IMG/VR virus record: IMGVR_UViG_2799112320_000004
Coordinates: 16,908 to 80,907 of that record
DNA length: 64,000 bases
Origin: a virus
Taxonomy: Duplodnaviria > Caudoviricetes
Strand: one strand, 5' to 3'
Made by a program: the position numbers and the translations under genes. The notes below the pieces were generated by a model. It made no database searches. It was given only the letters and a program-made list of their open reading frames with translations, and was not told where the DNA came from. Positions 37,147-45,654 of the stretch are shown here, one piece after another; position 1 is the stretch's first letter, and every line of letters starts with the position of its first letter.

Positions 37147-38424
37147 CTACCATCCGGGCAGGCTGGTGACGGGCTTGAGTGTTATCACCAGGTAGACTTC
37201 CTTCAGGATCCCCTGGACTGACCTCGACAATCTGTGGCTGCCCGCATCGCCGTGCACTTCCGGTATCCCCATCGCCGATTCCACCTGCGCCAAACTCGGC
37301 ATCCACTGCGTGGCGCCCACGCATTCCGCGAGCAATCTCGCCGGTTTCACCGTTACCTCGTATACGAGCTTCTCGGACGATCCCCCCTTCGCCTCCTTCC
37401 ATCGCGCCTCTCCCAGATCCACCAACACCGTCGCGTTCGTTGCCCAACCTCGATTAATCGGTTCTTCTTCTATTACTTCGCCGTCTTCGAACCACTTCCT
37501 ATCTTCATGCTCGTATTCGTCTCCCGTCAGGTGCACCACCCCCCAGGCCCTCGCTCCTCTCACCACCTTCGGGCTCGTTTCCCCTCGCATCCAGTCCTCT
37601 TTTCTCCTCACCCCGAACTCCAACCTCACGTCCCCTTCTCCCACCACTTCCTCTTTCTCCGTCCTTTCTCTTTCTCGCGTCCATGTGTTTTCCCATTGCG
37701 ATCCGTCCCATTCATATTCCCTCCAGACACTTTTGATCCCTTCGCACGACAGCCACCAGCTCGTCGCCGACACCGTCCCCGTCATCGCCTCCGCAGTCGC
37801 CGTCGTCCCCTCTCCCGTTTCCGTCTCCCGCAGCGTCCACGCCGTGATTATACGAGCCGTGTTCGTGTCGCCCGGCGACACGGCCTTCACCACCACGTCC
37901 ATTCCCTTCAACACCTTGTACGCGTTTGTCATCGCTGCTTTCGCGACCAGTTTCCCCATCACCCTCCCCTCGAGCCTTCTTACCTCGTTCGTCATCGCTC
38001 CGCCGCTTGCCGCGCCCAGAATCCTCCTCACCGTCCCCCCCGCCGACAGGTCCTTGAGCAGCTCGTTCGTCACGGCCACCGTACTCATGACCGCGTTCGT
38101 CCAGTAGCTACCCGTCGTCGTTGGCCAAATCCCCCCTCCCTTCACCAACAGCCCCGGCCCCGCGGCGTTCGTCTGAACTTCGTATTCCCCGCCCAGCGCT
38201 ATCCGCTCGGCCCACGCCTCAGCGATCCACGCCGCGTCCTCGTACCGGACGAGGCCATAGTCGCCGCTCTCGCCCATGACGCGACCAACTATGTTCGTTG
38301 TCTTTGGCAACGTGTAGTAGTAGTCGTTCGTCGTCGCGAGCGAGGTAGTCGCCGCGCCGCACCGCGGCCCTCCCGTTCCGACCGCCGCCACCAGGATGAC
38401 GGCTCTCACTGCTTTCCTCACCAT
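37147..38424 (-). CDS. Thr-Asn-rich protein with signal-peptide-like N-terminus
   Basis: GAGGTG RBS; MVRKAVRAVILVAAVG; 9 of 11 Asn follow Thr. Confidence 0.7.
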   Translation of the reverse strand: MVRKAVRAVILVAAVGTGGPRCGAATTSLATTNDYYYTLPKTTNIVGRVMGESGDYGLVRYEDAAWIAEAWAERIALGGEYEVQTNAAGPGLLVKGGGIWPTTTGSYWTNAVMSTVAVTNELLKDLSAGGTVRRILGAASGGAMTNEVRRLEGRVMGKLVAKAAMTNAYKVLKGMDVVVKAVSPGDTNTARIITAWTLRETETGEGTTATAEAMTGTVSATSWWLSCEGIKSVWREYEWDGSQWENTWTRERERTEKEEVVGEGDVRLEFGVRRKEDWMRGETSPKVVRGARAWGVVHLTGDEYEHEDRKWFEDGEVIEEEPINRGWATNATVLVDLGEARWKEAKGGSSEKLVYEVTVKPARLLAECVGATQWMPSLAQVESAMGIPEVHGDAGSHRLSRSVQGILKEVYLVITLKPVTSLPGW

Positions 38425-38432
38425 TTTCCACC

Positions 38433-38861
38433 TCACGCGTAAATCGGTATGAACGGCATTCCCCTGTAGTCCTTCTTCACTTCCCCGTTCTCGATCGTGA
38501 AGAGCTTCACAGCCGTGTGATCGTCGTCGTTCTCTCCTGCCGTCTTCGAGACCGTCGCGCGATGCGGCGCCTCGTGCGGCACGTTCAGGTACCACGTCCC
38601 GTCCGCCTGGCCCTCTTCCACATCCACGTCCTGCAGCTCCACCACGGCGTGCGCCGCGTAGAAGTTGCAGTGCGTGATCTTGCCGTCCTCCCAGCGGAAC
38701 GCGCCGTAGTCTGCGCCGCCGAGCGGGTTGATCGGGAGTCCCACGTCGGCGCCTTCGCCGCCTGCCATTTCGCCTGCGCCTGCTGCCGCGATCTCTGCGC
38801 GCAGCGACGCGATCTCGCTTTTCAGCGCTCCGATTGCCGCCTGTGTTTCCGCGTCCATCAT
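38433..38861 (-). CDS. Small virion protein (coiled coil followed by a beta-rich domain)
   Basis: ATGA overlap with the upstream gene; IGALKSEIASLRAEIAAA heptads. Confidence 0.6.
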   Translation of the reverse strand: MMDAETQAAIGALKSEIASLRAEIAAAGAGEMAGGEGADVGLPINPLGGADYGAFRWEDGKITHCNFYAAHAVVELQDVDVEEGQADGTWYLNVPHEAPHRATVSKTAGENDDDHTAVKLFTIENGEVKKDYRGMPFIPIYA

Positions 38862-41200
38862 GTCGTTCCTTGCTGGTTGGCGTTTCCTTGGCTTCCGCCC
38901 GACTCGCTCAGCGGGCCCCTCTCCTGTCCCGGCTGTATCGCCGTATACACGACCATGACCCCGCCCCTCATGCCGCTCACGAGTCCCATTTCGGGGTAGT
39001 CCTTCGCTCCGGCCTGCGCCATCTGCTTCGCGAGCCATGCCGCCCCACCTCCCCAGTAGAGATTGTACGTTGCCGTGTAGTCGCGGAAGTACGTCTTTCC
39101 GTCGCGTTTCTGGTAGTATTTCCTCACGGTCCTTGTCTTGTCATGGTCCGTGCCGCCCTCCGACTCACTTCCGCTTCCCGACTCCGGCACGTCGCTCACG
39201 AGCCTGCGCAGGTGGAGCACGCCGTCCAGCAGACCGAATTCGTTTATTGAAATCGACGGGCTGCACGTCTCCCACCCCGTGAAGTCCGGCACTTCCTCCT
39301 GGTTGCGGAAGACTACTATCCTGTTCTGGTATGTGATCGTTCGCGACGCGGACCTCTGCCTGTCCGTCCATTCCTTCGCCTCGAGCGCCGGCTTCGCGAC
39401 GCGCTTCACGACCGTCATGTTCCGCGCGCCCATGCCGTTTGGCTGGGCGGACGCGTCGTAAACCGTACCCCTCTGCGGCGTGTACTCCGCCCTTTCCTGC
39501 GTGTTGAGCTTCTGCGTTCGCTCCTCGTCGACGAGCATATTGCCGCTCTTCGCCGTTTCCTCCATCTCCTCGTGCTTCACTCGGCGCACCGTGCCGTCCA
39601 CGAGGCCGAACTCGTTGCGCTGGAGCGACACGTCGACTTCCTCGTTGACTCCCGGCGCTTCGGGCGCGATCTCGGCCTGGTTTCTGAGCGACTTGACTTC
39701 GACACTCCTTCCCTGCGCCCCTCCCTGCGCCTCGGCCTCTGCCGGCTTGGCCGTGCGCGTTTCGTCCGTGACCTCCCACGCGCCGCGATCGGTCATTCGC
39801 ACGCGGCGCGTGGCGATCTGGCCTGTCCTCTGCGGCACCTCGGCCTGCTGGGGCTGCGTGCCCATGCCCTCTGTGCGGCTGTGCGCGTGGACGAGCGCGT
39901 TGTTCTCGCAGGCCTCGCCCGTGCGTCCGACGGGCTCCACGCTCGCCTGGACGATGGTCTGGTCGACGAGTCCGCCCTCGGTGATCTCGTTCCTGACGCT
40001 CTCGCCGATTTTGAGCCCTGCGGCGCTCGCCGCGCTGCGCTGACCCCTGTTGACGGTCGTCAGCTGCACGCCGTCGATTAATTTCCTCGTCTCGACGACT
40101 GCGCCCGGCACGCTCTGCTCCTCGCGCGTGCGCGTCTCCACGTCGAACCCGCCCTCGTCGTTGCGCGCCACGCTCTTCTCGGTGACGACGCCTCCGCCTG
40201 CCTCCGTGACGTGCTCGAATCCCGGATCCGATTCCACCACTTCCGTTTCCGCGTGCTCGTGCAGGAACTTCGTCTTGCGGCACGACTTGCGGAACCACCC
40301 CAAGATCCGCGCGAACGTGGTGATCGTCTGGTTCCAGAGCCCGCCTTCCGTGCGCTCGTTGCGCACCGAGTTGGCCGTGCCCAGCTCGGCCTTCTCCGGC
40401 TGGTTTCGGTTCATGGTTACCTTGCGCGTGCCGCGCATGAGCCGTGTCGTTTCCGACACGGCGCCTGACACCGGCTTCTCCTCGACCGTCTCGTTCACCA
40501 CGTCGGTCGTGCAGTCCTCGTTCTTGCGGAGCTGGCGCCTCACCATGACGCCGCCGCCGACGCTCGCGGGCTTTCCCGTGCCCGCCACGCTTCCCTGCTT
40601 CACGCCCAGGTGCTGCTCCTCGGAGCGGTTCTCGAACACTGTCTTGGCCGTGCCATACTCCGCGATGTCCTGCTGGACCGTCTCGCGGCGCTCGATTACG
40701 CAGTTCCAGAGGCCGGTGTCGTCGTCGCGCGCCACGCCCTGCAGCCTGTACTGGACGCCGCTCGCGCTCTCCGGCAGGGCCGGGAGGCTGCCCACCTTCC
40801 AGTGGAATTCGTGCGTCACCCTCCACTTGCAGCCGTCCTCCATCACGTATGGGCCGTCGCCGCCCTGCGCGCCCTCCTTGTAGATCGCGTGGTAGATGCG
40901 CGTGCGCTTGAGCTTCGTGGCCTCCTTCACGTCGCCGTCGCGCGTCTCGTACCAGACGGCCGTCGTCTTCCAGCCTGTCGCATCCATCGGCTTGTTGTGG
41001 ACGGTGAAGGAATCGCGCCAGGCCTCGCCCTTCAGGAACTCGACGAGCGGCTCGAGGAGGGACGTGTCCAGGTTCGCCTCCTCGTAGTAGCGCACCATGA
41101 CGCTCTCGTGGAACGCATATCGCCATCCGCGCTTCTCCTGGAGCTGCCAGTAGTGGCTGCGGCACCACTCGGCGCATGTCTGTTCCATTTGACTGTCCAT
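38858..41200 (-). CDS. Tail-region protein built from about nine beta-hairpin-like repeats
   Basis: Recurrent (R/N)xxGxx(D/N)x units; lies after the adaptor-like gene. Confidence 0.65.
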   Translation of the reverse strand: MDSQMEQTCAEWCRSHYWQLQEKRGWRYAFHESVMVRYYEEANLDTSLLEPLVEFLKGEAWRDSFTVHNKPMDATGWKTTAVWYETRDGDVKEATKLKRTRIYHAIYKEGAQGGDGPYVMEDGCKWRVTHEFHWKVGSLPALPESASGVQYRLQGVARDDDTGLWNCVIERRETVQQDIAEYGTAKTVFENRSEEQHLGVKQGSVAGTGKPASVGGGVMVRRQLRKNEDCTTDVVNETVEEKPVSGAVSETTRLMRGTRKVTMNRNQPEKAELGTANSVRNERTEGGLWNQTITTFARILGWFRKSCRKTKFLHEHAETEVVESDPGFEHVTEAGGGVVTEKSVARNDEGGFDVETRTREEQSVPGAVVETRKLIDGVQLTTVNRGQRSAASAAGLKIGESVRNEITEGGLVDQTIVQASVEPVGRTGEACENNALVHAHSRTEGMGTQPQQAEVPQRTGQIATRRVRMTDRGAWEVTDETRTAKPAEAEAQGGAQGRSVEVKSLRNQAEIAPEAPGVNEEVDVSLQRNEFGLVDGTVRRVKHEEMEETAKSGNMLVDEERTQKLNTQERAEYTPQRGTVYDASAQPNGMGARNMTVVKRVAKPALEAKEWTDRQRSASRTITYQNRIVVFRNQEEVPDFTGWETCSPSISINEFGLLDGVLHLRRLVSDVPESGSGSESEGGTDHDKTRTVRKYYQKRDGKTYFRDYTATYNLYWGGGAAWLAKQMAQAGAKDYPEMGLVSGMRGGVMVVYTAIQPGQERGPLSESGGSQGNANQQGTT

Positions 41201-41202
41201 CG

Positions 41203-42045
41203 CTATCTCCTGAATCTTCCCGCGCGCATGCGGCTGTCGCCCGTGCCCTCGGCGAAACGCGCCTGGAGCTCCGCGAACTCGTTCTCGGCCGCGGCCTTCG
41301 TCTGGTAGCGGCCCTGGTCCTCGGATTGCAGGCTCGCTGCCGCGAGCTCGGTGAGGTACGTCTCGAACTCGTCGCGCACGCGCACGCGCCGCCACGCCGC
41401 GTTCGCGCCCGGCGCCTCGCCTCCCGGCGCGATGTTCGCGAGCGCGATGTAGCAGTCCCGGTCCGCGGACACGTAGCACCCGGCGCCGCGCGCATACGCG
41501 CGGTCCGGCGCCCACTCGACGAAGCTCACGCGCGGCGCCTTTGGCGTGAAGCGCACGTAGACGCCCTCCGGCGCGGGCGCGGGCAGCAGCACCCCGTCCG
41601 CGAACCATCCGCATCCCTTCACCGGCGCTGCATCCGGGTGGTACTTCGGATCGGCCTCGAAGGCGAAATCATCCACCACCACGCCTCCCGGGTCGATCTC
41701 CGTGGCCTCCCAAGGCTGGTCGAACGCCACGAACGCGCTCACCTGCTCCATCTTCAGCTCTTCCCATCCCGTCGCCGTGCGCCGCCAGTACTTTCCGTCG
41801 CACCAGCACTCCTGGCCCGTGGCGTATCGCTCGGCCGCCGCTTCCAGATCCGCCTCGATCGGCCTGTACCTGCGGAACTCCACGCGCCGGAGCGCCGGGA
41901 ACTTCTCGGCGTGGATCCGTCGCAGCCCTTCGTTCACCGCCGTTCCGGCCATGATGCGCCACCTGAGCGGCACCGTGCCTGTCACGAGCTCGTAACCGGC
42001 CATCGCGCACGCGGCCTCGAGGATGTTGCCCATTTGGATTTCCAT
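41203..42045 (-). CDS. Head-tail adaptor-like protein with an aromatic beta-module insertion
   Basis: Helical N- and C-termini like podovirus adaptors (VNEGLRRI; YLTELAAASL); central WAPDRAYARG...W. Confidence 0.5.
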   Translation of the reverse strand: MEIQMGNILEAACAMAGYELVTGTVPLRWRIMAGTAVNEGLRRIHAEKFPALRRVEFRRYRPIEADLEAAAERYATGQECWCDGKYWRRTATGWEELKMEQVSAFVAFDQPWEATEIDPGGVVVDDFAFEADPKYHPDAAPVKGCGWFADGVLLPAPAPEGVYVRFTPKAPRVSFVEWAPDRAYARGAGCYVSADRDCYIALANIAPGGEAPGANAAWRRVRVRDEFETYLTELAAASLQSEDQGRYQTKAAAENEFAELQARFAEGTGDSRMRAGRFRR

Positions 42046-42108
42046 CGCAATCGCCTTTCCTTTTCTTTTGTGCCGGGACACCAAGCGTACATCAGCAAGT
42101 CTTTCGCC

Positions 42109-42510
42109 CTATCGCTCCGGCTCCCATCCGTTATGCTGCCAGCGGAACCAGCCCTTGCCCGGTATGTAGCGGCGGCTCACCTTGCCCTGGCGGCAACGGT
42201 GTCCGTTCGCGCTGTCCGTGCCCTGCGGCCTGCCGTCGAGCGCCTGCCACGGGTACTTGCGCTCCAGGAATCGCCAGTAGTCCTCGCCCGCCTCCGTGAG
42301 TATCTCCTTGCCCATCGTTCGGACGGCGTGCAGGACCGCGTGGCGGCTCTTCGCGCCCACTCGGCCCTCACGCCGGCCTTCCATCCCGAGTTCCCGGCGC
42401 TGACGGATCAGCCTCTTCGAGGCGTCGATCTCCATCTTCTTCTCGCGCTGCATGCGCGCGTTCTCATCGACCCACTCCGGGCTCACCGTTTTCTTGGACT
42501 TGACTAGCAT
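42109..42510 (-). CDS. Hypothetical basic late protein
   Basis: Abuts neighbours; same strand and codon style. Confidence 0.6.
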   Translation of the reverse strand: MLVKSKKTVSPEWVDENARMQREKKMEIDASKRLIRQRRELGMEGRREGRVGAKSRHAVLHAVRTMGKEILTEAGEDYWRFLERKYPWQALDGRPQGTDSANGHRCRQGKVSRRYIPGKGWFRWQHNGWEPER

Positions 42511-43296
42511 CTACCTCTCCAGGATCAGCTGCACCTTGCCGCCGTCGAACGCCGTGCCCTCGCCGATTAGCAAGTCGCCCGGGAATATCGCCGTGTCCAG
42601 CGCGTTCGTCTTGTAGCCGTTTGTGAGCGTCGCGTTCCAGAGCGTGTTCGTGACCGCGAGGCTTGCGACGTGCCGCGTGCGCTCCGTGCGCACTTCCACC
42701 GTGTCCACCACCTGGTACGTCACGTTCGACGAGAGCGCGTGCGTGACCGACTGCGACGTGTAGAGCAGGTCTTTCGTCGGCCATCCCGCCACGAACGGCT
42801 TCGCGCCCCACGCCTGCCCCACCATGTTGCTCACGATCCCCGTCCTGACGAGCGGCACCGCGTTCGTGAGCGCCGTCACGTTCGTGACCGTGTGCGTGAG
42901 GTTCGAGAGGCCCGTCGTGGCGCTCCACACCGTGCCCGTGACGACCGTCGCCACGTTCGTGACATACGTCACGCCCATCACGCTGCCCGTCGCCACGGCG
43001 TAGGCGTTCGTGGTCCATGCCCTCCACAGCGTCTCGGTGGCCGTGTACTGGACGTTGCTCGTCGCCGGCCTGTACGTGTAGTTCGTCACGACCGCCTCCT
43101 CGAACCACTCCACGTCGAGCGGCGTCACGCGCTTCACCGTGACCGTGCCCGTCGCGTTCGTGGAGACCGCCTGCGCGGCGACGGCGCGCGCCGCCTCGAG
43201 CGGCGCCGTCTCGCCCTTCCCCACCTCGACGCCCACGATCGCCGCGTGCGCGGCGCACGCCGCGGCCAGCATTGCCATCGTTGTAAGTTTCTTCAT
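42511..43296 (-). CDS. Secreted Thr/Asn-rich protein; paralog of 3240-3890
   Basis: Signal peptide MKKLTTMAMLAAACAAHA; shared SNLTHTVTN and C-terminal motifs. Confidence 0.8.
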   Translation of the reverse strand: MKKLTTMAMLAAACAAHAAIVGVEVGKGETAPLEAARAVAAQAVSTNATGTVTVKRVTPLDVEWFEEAVVTNYTYRPATSNVQYTATETLWRAWTTNAYAVATGSVMGVTYVTNVATVVTGTVWSATTGLSNLTHTVTNVTALTNAVPLVRTGIVSNMVGQAWGAKPFVAGWPTKDLLYTSQSVTHALSSNVTYQVVDTVEVRTERTRHVASLAVTNTLWNATLTNGYKTNALDTAIFPGDLLIGEGTAFDGGKVQLILER

Positions 43297-43309
43297 TTTG
43301 CCTTCCTCC

Positions 43310-43813
43310 CTACTTCACCGTGCAGTCTTCGCACGTCCCGTCCGTGCATTTTCCCGTCGCGCACTTGGCCGATGCCGCCGTCCCCTTCTCTGCCGCCTTC
43401 GCCGCGATCTTTGCCGTCTCCGCGTTCGACGCCGCGTTCACGAGCGCGGCCGTGTCCGCCGCGTTCGCTGCGCCCTTGTCGAGCGGAACGCTCGCCACGG
43501 CCGGATTGAACACCGTCCCCGCCAGCCTTCCGAGCACCGACACGCCGTACCAGAACTCCGCTGCGTTTTTCGCCAGCTGCTCCGACGTGTCGCTCTTGTA
43601 GCCGTTGAACTCGACCTCCACGCCTTCTGCCGACTTCTTCGCGCGGAACGAATCCACGTCACGCTTCAGCCAGTGCGACGTAGACGTGACCGACCATCCT
43701 CCGTCGGCATTCACCTCGACCTTCGTCGAACTGCATCCCGCGCACATGAACACGCACCCTCCCAGGCTCGCCAACATGCCGCCCAATGCAGCAATCTTGA
43801 TCATCTTCTTCAT
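43310..43813 (-). CDS. Lipoprotein with Cys-rich tail; paralog of 3935-4438
   Basis: AGGAG RBS; LGGC and CAGC lipoboxes; CATGKCTDGTCEDC. Confidence 0.75.
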   Translation of the reverse strand: MKKMIKIAALGGMLASLGGCVFMCAGCSSTKVEVNADGGWSVTSTSHWLKRDVDSFRAKKSAEGVEVEFNGYKSDTSEQLAKNAAEFWYGVSVLGRLAGTVFNPAVASVPLDKGAANAADTAALVNAASNAETAKIAAKAAEKGTAASAKCATGKCTDGTCEDCTVK

Positions 43814-43887
43814 TTCTTCTTCTCCTTGTTTCCTTTTTTCGATAATAACCACGCGGGCGGCTTCCACCAAATTCACAACATGGCCTT

Positions 43888-44337
43888 TCAAAGACTCCGC
43901 CCGCTTTCCGGGCACCCGCCCGAAATCTCCTTTCCCTCCGGCGCCTTGTCGACGAAGTGCCGGCCGCCGAACGCGCGCAGCGCGTAGTACTCCACTCCCG
44001 CCGCGAACGCCCCTATGCCGAAATGGCGCAGCAGCGCGCGGTAGATCCTGTCCGCCTCCTTGCGCGTGATCCCCAGGCGCCAGGCGTTGCGGTAGAGCCA
44101 GTCGTGCGCGAGCGCAGCGTAGACTCGCGGTGCCTGCAATGGATGCCCGCAGACACGCCACAGCACTCTGGGGATGGAGGCACCGTCCGTGGTCGTGCCT
44201 GCGGGTATCACGATGTCGAAGAATTCCTCCACGCGGTAGAGCGACCACGGCTCCATGAGAACCGCTTCCTTCTCTCCGAGCGTGCTTATCGGCAGCCGGA
44301 TGATCGGCGCCGCGCAGTCTGCCCATTCCGTCCTCAC
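43888..44337 (-). CDS. DUF1353-family protein; paralog of 2797-3243
   Basis: IPAGTTTDGASIPRVLW, AALAHDWLY, RKEADRIY. Confidence 0.85.
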   Translation of the reverse strand: MRTEWADCAAPIIRLPISTLGEKEAVLMEPWSLYRVEEFFDIVIPAGTTTDGASIPRVLWRVCGHPLQAPRVYAALAHDWLYRNAWRLGITRKEADRIYRALLRHFGIGAFAAGVEYYALRAFGGRHFVDKAPEGKEISGGCPESGRSL

Positions 44338-44582
44338 GACGCGCCTCCCGAATGCCAGAAGCTGAGCAGCTTCATCGCCGTATCGTTCCCGAAGAGCAGA
44401 GCCACCAGCAGCAGAAGGCCGATCCCCGCGACGATGAGCCCCTGCCGTTTTACGCGCATGCCTGTTTTACACTGACAGTCAACGACAGCGATCATCGCGC
44501 TCACCATCGCGTCATTCAGGGCCTCCGTGGTCTTTGCCGACTTGAGCTGCGCCTTGACCATATCACGCGTTACTTCGTCCAT
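44334..44582 (-). CDS. Small membrane protein (holin-like position); paralog of 2552-2800
   Basis: Near-identical protein sequence; TGATG overlap. Confidence 0.8.
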   Translation of the reverse strand: MDEVTRDMVKAQLKSAKTTEALNDAMVSAMIAVVDCQCKTGMRVKRQGLIVAGIGLLLLVALLFGNDTAMKLLSFWHSGGAS

Positions 44583-45103
44583 CACTGACCTCCCGGCCCG
44601 ACGATGACCGTCACCTCGTTCGTCTCGCCCGCGATTCTCTGCGCCGCGCGAAGAGCGGCGAGATCTGGCGGAAGATTCGCACTCTCCCACGCCGCGCGCG
44701 CCTCGTCGGCCCTGCGTTTCGCCTCGGCCGCGGCCTTCGCTGCCGCCTCCGGATCCTGCCTGATCCGCTTGCGGTAGCGCACCATGCGATTCGTCGCCAC
44801 GAATCCGTCCTGGTAGAGCTGCACGACGATCATCTGAGCCGCGCCGTTCGCGTTCGTGACGCCGGTCGGCAACAGGTACTCGCCGATCCGCTCGCCGTGC
44901 CACTTCTGGCGGCCGGCGTCCGTTCCCTGGTCGCGCCAGTACATGCGGTTCATCAGGCCGAGCGCGGCCTGTAAATCCGCCTGCGTCCACGTGTTCGTCG
45001 ACCCATCGGCGCGGATGGTCGCGGCGACGATCGGCTCGTCTGCCTGCGTGACGGCGCAAATTGCGGCGACTGCGGCGACGGTGAGGAACAGTATCTTTTT
45101 CAT
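44582..45103 (-). CDS. Secreted protein; paralog of 1826-2317
   Basis: Signal peptide MKKILFLTVAAVAAICAVTQA; DGSTNTWTQADL. Confidence 0.75.
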   Translation of the reverse strand: MKKILFLTVAAVAAICAVTQADEPIVAATIRADGSTNTWTQADLQAALGLMNRMYWRDQGTDAGRQKWHGERIGEYLLPTGVTNANGAAQMIVVQLYQDGFVATNRMVRYRKRIRQDPEAAAKAAAEAKRRADEARAAWESANLPPDLAALRAAQRIAGETNEVTVIVGPGGQ

Positions 45104-45654
45104 TGCGTCTCCTTCTTGATGACCTTGGTGTTCGGGAACGCGCTCTTGCCCGTGCCCGGTATCGTAAAGCCTTTCATTTGCCAAACGCCGTTTGTGTGGA
45201 CGGTCGGCGCGGGCGTGAAGTTCGCAGCGACCATCACGTCGTAGTTCGTGGCGTTGACGAGCGCGTAGTCGTATGGATGATCCGCGAAAGTGAGATGTGG
45301 CGTGAGGCGCACCCAGTCGGTCGCGTTCGTCAAATCGACCTGCCGCGCGTAGACGAGGATCTCCGTGTCGTCCGGAAGAAGCTGCGTCCGCTTGGCAAGC
45401 GCGACATGCGCCACGTCGTTCGTGAGGTATGAGCCGGCGTTCATGATATACGGGTCGGACACCGTCACCGTCCCCTTTCGGCCGAACATGGTACAGGCAA
45501 CAGCAAGCGCGAGCATGGCGAGGGTCGCACGGCGCATGCGACGCTTCGCGCGCATGGCGGCCTTGCCCATGTTCGCGGCCGTCACGATCAACGCGATCAC
45601 CATGAGCACGGCGACGCCGGCATACATCACGGCGTTCTGGATTGCCTGCATCAT
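45100..45654 (-). CDS. Membrane-anchored protein; paralog of 1186-1833
   Basis: Two hydrophobic segments; AGSYLTND; PTVHTNGVWQ. Confidence 0.75.
   Translation of the reverse strand: MMQAIQNAVMYAGVAVLMVIALIVTAANMGKAAMRAKRRMRRATLAMLALAVACTMFGRKGTVTVSDPYIMNAGSYLTNDVAHVALAKRTQLLPDDTEILVYARQVDLTNATDWVRLTPHLTFADHPYDYALVNATNYDVMVAANFTPAPTVHTNGVWQMKGFTIPGTGKSAFPNTKVIKKETQ

Noticed and set aside
1186-45654. Inverted paralogous cassettes as an invertible segment or shufflon
   Set aside because: Synonymous sites are close to saturated, gene order differs, and there is no invertase or short crossover repeat
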